This document shows, one piece after another, positions 1 through 5,700 of a stretch of DNA of 5,796 bases; the stretch's first letter is position 1; each line of letters starts with the position of its first letter. This DNA is from Raphidiopsis brookii D9. Its GTDB lineage: Bacteria > Cyanobacteriota > Cyanobacteriia > Cyanobacteriales > Nostocaceae. The position numbers and the translations under genes are program-made. The stretch covers positions 1 to 5,796 of the forward strand of contig ACYB01000045.1 of the NCBI GenBank assembly GCA_000175855.1, written 5' to 3'. The notes beneath the pieces are model-generated. The model was not told the DNA's origin, searched no databases, and saw only the letters and a program-made list of their open reading frames with translations.

Positions 1-143
1 TTTTTTAGTAGCTTCTCAGTCTGCTGCTCCTGGTTACGCCCGTCAAACTTCTAGCTCATGGTGGGCATGGCGAGTTCCAGGGGGGAAGGGTGGATTGGGG
101 ATTTACGGTTTGAGAAAGAGCAGTTATTACTCCTTGCACGCTT

Positions 144-149
144 TATAAT
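144..149 (+). promoter_or_regulatory. candidate -10 box upstream of abiEi
   Basis: Perfect TATAAT hexamer 72 nt upstream of the ATG at 221. No convincing -35 hexamer at 17-18 bp spacing. The region is AT-rich, so chance matches are likely. Confidence 0.25.
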
Positions 150-220
150 CACCCTGTTATTTTCCTAGAATTAAGGATAATATTACCTATAGATGTAAAT
201 AACTATAGCTATTATTATCC

Positions 221-844
221 ATGAATAAAGGCAAGGTAGCCGAAACAGCTTCTGAGCGAGCGGTGCGCCTCATCAAGAAGAAGGGAACAACTATTATTAG
301 GACTGCACAGGCACTCCAGGTTGGTATCCATCCACGCACGCTCTATCAGCTTAGAGATAATGGGGTCTTAGAACAAGTATCACGCGGCGTTTACCGCCTA
401 TCGGAGCAGCCGTATTTCTCTCAGCCAGATCTGGTGACTGTTGCACTACGTATCCCTAAGGGAATTATCTGCTTAGTTTCCGCGCTGGCTTTCCACGAAC
501 TCACCACCCAGATCCCTCATACCGTTTCAATAGCACTAGCCAAAGGGGCACAATCTCCAAGAATAGATTACCCACCTGTTTCTGTTCATCGCTTCTCAGG
601 TGCGAGCCTTAAAACGGGGATAGAGGTCTATGAGATCGATGAGGTACCTATTCGGATCTACAGTGCAGAAAAAACACTGGCAGACTGCTTTAAGTTCCGA
701 AACAAGCTGGGTATGGATGTCGTTCTTGAGGCTCTAAAGCTCTACAAGACACGGAAGAAATTCAACCCCCGGCAGCTTATTGAATATGCCAGAATCTGCC
801 GGGTTGAGGCAGCGATGAAACCCTACCTAGAGGTACTGGTATGA
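221..844 (+). CDS. abiEi: AbiEi-family antitoxin / winged-HTH transcriptional regulator (type IV toxin-antitoxin system)
   Basis: 207-aa ORF. Its N-terminal region (RTAQALQVGIHPRTLYQLRDNGVLEQVSRGVYRL) and C-terminal part (SALAFHELTTQIP, AEKTLADCF) match my recollection of AbiEi_4-type antitoxins. The size is typical for the family. The TGA stop (842-844) overlaps the ATG (841-843) of a downstream AbiEii-like ORF in an ATGA junction, the classic abiEi-abiEii operon layout. No Shine-Dalgarno is evident. Confidence 0.8.
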   Translation: MNKGKVAETASERAVRLIKKKGTTIIRTAQALQVGIHPRTLYQLRDNGVLEQVSRGVYRLSEQPYFSQPDLVTVALRIPKGIICLVSALAFHELTTQIPHTVSIALAKGAQSPRIDYPPVSVHRFSGASLKTGIEVYEIDEVPIRIYSAEKTLADCFKFRNKLGMDVVLEALKLYKTRKKFNPRQLIEYARICRVEAAMKPYLEVLV

Positions 845-1134
845 GTGCGAAAAACCTCAAAAATATCTCTGCTTCTGTCCGTCAACGTCTTCTAAACAGG
901 GCGAAAGATGAACAGCGGCCATTTAGCGAGCTACTTCAGTACTATGCGATGGAACGCTTCCTGTACCGAATGTCGCAATCTCCTCATGCTGACAGGTTCA
1001 TTCTCAAGGGGGCGCTGATGCTCAGAGCATGGCACTCGACCGAATTCCGTTTAAATGTGAAAAATGTCGAAAACTCTTTAGTGAAGATTTGGATTTTGTG
1101 GGCAAGAACATATACTAGAGCTGTTGGGAAATAA
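841..1134 (+). pseudogene. abiEii: truncated/frameshifted AbiEii/AbiGii-family nucleotidyltransferase toxin remnant
   Basis: The first ~65 aa (ASVRQRLLNRAKDEQRPFSELLQYYAMERFLYRMSQSPHADRFILKGALMLRAW) look like the conserved N-terminus of AbiEii/DUF1814 toxins. The ORF stops after 97 aa, whereas family members are roughly 250-330 aa. A DLDF (DxD nucleotidyltransferase) motif, FSEDLDFVGKNIY*, is encoded at 1077-1118 in a different frame. Only 417 bp separate the start codon from the first CRISPR repeat. Degenerate remnants may extend to about 1257. Confidence 0.7.
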
Positions 1135-1257
1135 AAGCATATTTTTTGGACGACAGAACTTCCCCCATCCTGATTGAATTTATGCTGCATCCAAATAGAA
1201 GTTCCATAGCCCTGCAACGACCAACATTAAGTGATCATCAAAATGGATAGCTTTTGA

Positions 1258-4200
1258 GTTTCCATTAATTCCACTTCCTAGATGAAAGCGGACACTTTGT
1301 ATGGGTTTATTCTTACATGCTGAGCTTCACTAGTTTCCATTAATTCCACTTCCTAGATGAAAGCGGACCCATTTGATGAATGGGAGATATTCACTCTAGA
1401 CTACCATTTGTTTCCATTAATTCCACTTCCTAGATGAAAGCGGACTACTCTAGTTAAGTTCTTTGAAGGCTTAAAATTATCTAGGTTTCCATTAATTCCA
1501 CTTCCTAGATGAAAGCGGACATAGATTCGTCCTCTTTAATGTTACTGTGGATGCCATAAAGTTTCCATTAATTCCACTTCCTAGATGAAAGCGGACAGCT
1601 GCTTATTATGCCAGCGTGATAATTCACAATTTAGCGTTTCCATTAATTCCACTTCCTAGATGAAAGCGGACGATAATGCAATTAATGATTATACCTCAGC
1701 TATTAGGTTTCCATTAATTCCACTTCCTAGATGAAAGCGGACTTGATGAGGATCAGGACGTGATCCGCCAGGCGATCGCACGTTTCCATTAATTCCACTT
1801 CCTAGATGAAAGCGGACACACTTCCGGAAAAACTGAGAGAGTTACATAATCCCGTTTCCATTAATTCCACTTCCTAGATGAAAGCGGACCTGATTTGAGC
1901 AATGCTAATTTGAGCAATGCTAATTTGCGCAGTTTCCATTAATTCCACTTCCTAGATGAAAGCGGACTTGCCTACATTCATAATATAAACTACCACTCAA
2001 ATAGTTTCCATTAATTCCACTTCCTAGATGAAAGCGGACTAATCTGACAAAGCATTGGGAAAAATGCAATTTAACAGGAGGTTTCCATTAATTCCACTTC
2101 CTAGATGAAAGCGGTACTTTTTTTGCCTCCCTCCTTAAATTATCGACCTCTTTGTTTACCTTTTGGTTTGTTTCCATTAATTCCACTTCCTAGATGAAAG
2201 CGGACCGTAAAGTTTGTATTCCTTGTAGACACCAGCGTTAGGTTTCCATTAATTCCACTTCCTAGATGAAAGCGGACTGGTAGAATCTAGCCCAGGAATA
2301 GATTATCGTTTAGCTGTTTCCATTAATTCCACTTCCTAGATGAAAGCGGACATATTTTTCTGCTGTCCAGAAACAAAAAGTACCATGAATGTTTCCATTA
2401 ATTCCACTTCCTAGATGAAAGCGGACTTCTCCTGTATTCTCTGTACCTCTCTTAGAAAGGTCGTTTCCATTAATTCCACTTCCTAGATGAAAGCGGACAA
2501 AACTGTAGCCATTCTTTGTTCCAAGATAGAATTTCATGTTTCCATTAATTCCACTTCCTAGATGAAAGCGGACTTAGTGGGGTTCATTTTAAGAGGATAG
2601 AAGCGAGGTGGAGTTTCCATTAATTCCACTTCCTAGATGAAAGCGGACAAGAGACTTCATTCAATGATAAGTGGGTGCATTTAAAGTTTCCATTAATTCC
2701 ACTTCCTAGATGAAAGCGGACTTGGGAGGATGTCAAGGAAAATATTGTCATCTTTATGTTTCCATTAATTCCACTTCCTAGATGAAAGCGGACTGGGGAA
2801 AAATACCCCACTTAAATTCACACCTTTTAAATTGTTTCCATTAATTCCACTTCCTAGATGAAAGCGGACACTAATAGATAAAAATCCAGCTGTTGTGTTT
2901 TGATAGTTTCCATTAATTCCACTTCCTAGATGAAAGCGGACAAGGATTTACTTGAAACGGTTATTCCCCGGGGGAACGGGGGGTTTCCATTAATTCCACT
3001 TCCTAGATGAAAGCGGACTTGAAGGGAAGAAGAGAGGGGTTGGAATTGCTTATAGGGTTTCCATTAATTCCACTTCCTAGATGAAAGCGGACTATGCCTC
3101 TAAACTAGGGTTGGTCCCAAGTAATGAAGTTTCCATTAATTCCACTTCCTAGATGAAAGCGGACATTCTGTATTACCAGTAATATTGGTAGCGACTCAAG
3201 TTGCGTTTCCATTAATTCCACTTCCTAGATGAAAGCGGACATGATCTTTGAGCTACATAGTGGCAAAAAGGGATGGTCAAGTTTCCATTAATTCCACTTC
3301 CTAGATGAAAGCGGACCCCTTTATGTTCACTAAGGGGGTAGGATTGTTTTCTGTTTCCATTAATTCCACTTCCTAGATGAAAGCGGACACTTTAACCTAG
3401 ACTTTAATACCCGAATGAAAAAACTCGTTTCCATTAATTCCACTTCCTAGATGAAAGCGGACTGATAGTGAGATGAAATGAGCGCCATTTAGCGAGTGAG
3501 ATGTTTCCATTAATTCCACTTCCTAGATGAAAGCGGACACGAGGAACTACCATGAATAAAGATGAAAAGAGAAGTTTCCATTAATTCCACTTCCTAGATG
3601 AAAGCGGACTAAGCAATGCCGATTTATCAAATGCTAACCTACAAGTTTCCATTAATTCCACTTCCTAGATGAAAGCGGACCGTATTTGGCGGTGGAGAGA
3701 AATACATTCATTTGTATTTGTTTCCATTAATTCCACTTCCTAGATGAAAGCGGACTGTCACTAGCTGTGTATTGACTTTTAAAGTTGATTACGTTTCCAT
3801 TAATTCCACTTCCTAGATGAAAGCGGACCGCATTGCTGCTCTGATAGAGCAGCAATGTTAGAGGGTTTCCATTAATTCCACTTCCTAGATGAAAGCGGAC
3901 GTCATACGAATTTAAATAATAGCGCATTCTATGAATGTTTCCATTAATTCCACTTCCTAGATGAAAGCGGACACTAGAAATAGGGGGTAAATTGTTACTA
4001 TATAGAGAAGGTTTCCATTAATTCCACTTCCTAGATGAAAGCGGACATCCCGAGATGTTTTGGCAAGAGCCAACCATTGAACGTTTCCATTAATTCCACT
4101 TCCTAGATGAAAGCGGACCCCTTTCAAGAGTAATTGTCTTAGAAGATGTAGACAGTTTCCATTAATTCCACTTCCTAGATGAAAGCGGACTATTTATTAC

Positions 4201-5447
4201 GAAAATTTAAAAGTTTCAGCTCCAGGGGTTTCCATTAATTCCACTTCCTAGATGAAAGCGGACAGTAATGGAGAGGTGCCGGACAAACTCAAGAATGCCA
4301 TGTTTCCATTAATTCCACTTCCTAGATGAAAGCGGACTTTCTCAATTTGGTACAGAGTTCTTAGTAACTCAAGTAGGAAGTTTCCATTAATTCCACTTCC
4401 TAGATGAAAGCGGACTTACTGTTCTTTTTAAAGAACAGTAGTTCTTTTTTGAAAGCGTTTCCATTAATTCCACTTCCTAGATGAAAGCGGACCGGTAAAA
4501 TGACCGTCAGCGACTACCACATGCTGGCCCTTGCTGGCGTGTTTCCATTAATTCCACTTCCTAGATGAAAGCGGACTGAGAATATGAAATTAGACTGTTA
4601 CACAGTATTCACGTTTCCATTAATTCCACTTCCTAGATGAAAGCGGACAAGTGATAGCTGTGGTAACTGACACAGACTTCCAGCTGAGTTTCCATTAATT
4701 CCACTTCCTAGATGAAAGCGGACCATAATAACGGAGACTCTAATGTATTAACTGTTAGTAGTTTCCATTAATTCCACTTCCTAGATGAAAGCGGACTTTT
4801 ACTAATACACGATCTCCAGCAACTAATGCAACGTTTCCATTAATTCCACTTCCTAGATGAAAGCGGACTCCGAGGAGGAAAATAATGTATCTATTCTATG
4901 TTCAAAGTTTCCATTAATTCCACTTCCTAGATGAAAGCGGACACTACGTTCTGAATGTACTTGACTTTATAATTCAGTTTCCATTAATTCCACTTCCTAG
5001 ATGAAAGCGGACGTGAGGCTAAAGCACAAAAGCAGCACTAAGCGTGGGAGTTTCCATTAATTCCACTTCCTAGATGAAAGCGGACCGAGGTAACTGAAAC
5101 TAAACTAAAAGTGTCAACAAAGTTTCCATTAATTCCACTTCCTAGATGAAAGCGGACCAGACGCAACTCTTTTAACTTTTCTTCCAAACATAGTTGTTTC
5201 CATTAATTCCACTTCCTAGATGAAAGCGGACAAATTAATCAACCCCCTATACCAGCTGGGCAAGATAGGGGTTTCCATTAATTCCACTTCCTAGATGAAA
5301 GCGGACCAAGCAAAAAACCTCCATGAGGAGGTGGACTTCTTAGTTTCCATTAATTCCACTTCCTAGATGAAAGCGGACAGCAGATTAAAACAATAATTAT
5401 TGTGTCTAGTGGTTTCCATTAATTCCACTTCCTAGATGAAAGCGGAC
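1258..5447 (-). CRISPR. CRISPR array, 57 x 36-nt repeats, 56 spacers (33-52 nt); cas subtype not determinable from the window
   Basis: Repeat GTTTCCATTAATTCCACTTCCTAGATGAAAGCGGAC starts at 1258, 1333, 1410, 1485, 1561, 1636, 1707, 1782, 1854, 1932, 2004, 2081, 2170, 2242, 2316, 2391, 2463, 2538, 2613, 2686, 2758, 2834, 2906, 2983, 3057, 3129, 3205, 3281, 3353, 3427, 3503, 3574, 3645, 3720, 3793, 3865, 3937, 4011, 4083, 4155, 4228, 4302, 4380, 4457, 4541, 4613, 4688, 4761, 4833, 4907, 4977, 5050, 5122, 5196, 5271, 5343 and 5412. All spacers are unique. The - strand is inferred, not certain. The - strand RNA GUCCGCUUUCAUCUAGGAAGUGGAAUUAAUGGAAAC forms an 8-bp stem using two G-U pairs that become A-C mismatches in the + strand RNA. 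It ends in AUGGAAAC, and the AT-rich non-coding flank lies at 5448-5796. Confidence 0.97.
2081..2117 (-). repeat. variant CRISPR repeat (repeat 12) with a 1-nt insertion: ...GAAAGCGGTAC instead of ...GAAAGCGGAC
   Basis: Direct comparison with the other 56 identical repeats. It is the only non-consensus copy and is followed by the longest spacer (2118-2169, 52 nt). Confidence 0.9.
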
Positions 5448-5700
5448 CCCTCCATTTTAAACCCTTACTCTGTCTACTGTCTAGACCCTCTTTCCGAAGG
5501 TCAGAAAAAAAAATCCCATTTCAGCTTCTTATACACTCTTAAAACATACCTCAAATCCTTATGGGACAAGGGACCGAGGTTCCCGACGATTTTACTAGCG
5601 TTCCAGCCTTTTTCTTTGACCTTCGGTTTTTTTTCGTGATTCACTGCTTTTATTGTCATATTTATTTCTCTTTCTATTATTACATTAACTACAAAATTTT
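5448..5700 (-). promoter_or_regulatory. putative CRISPR leader (if the array is read on the - strand), with a candidate promoter
   Basis: No convincing coding sequence follows the last repeat, and the flank becomes very AT-rich from about 5640. On the - strand, TTGAAA (+ coordinates 5699-5704) is followed after 17 nt by AATAAT (5676-5681). That hexamer is preceded by TGT, giving TGTAATAAT, which resembles an extended -10. The AT-rich context makes such matches common. Confidence 0.35.
5494..5634. repeat. imperfect long-range inverted repeat pair flanking ~95 bp, followed by a T8 run
   Basis: CCGAAGGTCAGAAAAAAAAA (5494-5513) is complementary to TTTTTCTTTGACCTTCGG (5609-5626). Of 18 positions, 16 are Watson-Crick, one is G-T and one is a mismatch. 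TTTTTTTT follows directly at 5627-5634. Confidence 0.75.

Noticed and set aside
2-148. Open frame running in from the left edge (FLVASQSAAPGYARQTSSSWWAWRVPGGKGGLGIYGLRKSSYYSLHAL*)
   Set aside because: It is only 48 codons, with no recognisable family or motif, and it could be open by chance. There is not enough support to call it the 3' end of a gene.
984-1217. 77-aa ORF on the - strand, antisense to the abiEii remnant
   Set aside because: It has no recognisable similarity and no start context. It lies antisense to a region that is clearly derived from a + strand gene, so it is most likely a shadow ORF.
1135-1257. Search for a tracrRNA-like anti-repeat in either flank (1135-1257 and 5448-5796)
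   Set aside because: I found no stretch complementary to the repeat in either flank, so nothing supports a type II or V tracrRNA arrangement.
2310-2537. Minus-strand ORFs inside the array (2310-2537, 2620-2811, 3727-3927), with the recurring peptide VRFHLGSGINGN
   Set aside because: The recurring peptide is just the translation of the CRISPR repeat in one - frame that happens to lack stops. The ORFs consist of repeat plus spacer read-through and are not genes.
3550-3561. 12-nt identity CCATGAATAAAG between spacer 31 and the abiEi start region (219-230)
   Set aside because: There is no similarity beyond the 12-mer on either side. ATGAATAAAG (MNK) is a common gene start, and a single 12-mer match is expected by chance at roughly 0.3 for this comparison size. 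It is of note only because the adjacent spacer 30 resembles abiEii.
1258-5447. Alternative + strand orientation, with the repeat 3' end AAGCGGAC (variant GCGGTAC) reminiscent of type III 8-nt tags and of type III-E repeat termini as I recall them
   Set aside because: The + strand RNA loses the repeat stem to two A-C mismatches. The left flank is a decayed gene rather than a leader, and the variant repeat lies near the left end. This orientation is kept as a caveat, not a call.
5448-5469. The sequence directly after the last repeat (ccctccattttaaacccttact) partly resembles the repeat 5' half (about 12 of 22 positions)
   Set aside because: It abuts the last repeat with no intervening spacer and its identity is low. 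It is not a credible degenerate repeat.
5436-5639. 67-aa + strand ORF starting at the ATG inside the last repeat (agATGaaagcggac)
   Set aside because: The start codon belongs to the repeat, and the same ATG exists in all 57 repeats. The peptide is low-complexity and unrecognisable. Its openness is noted only as a property of the inverted-repeat-bounded element in the leader.
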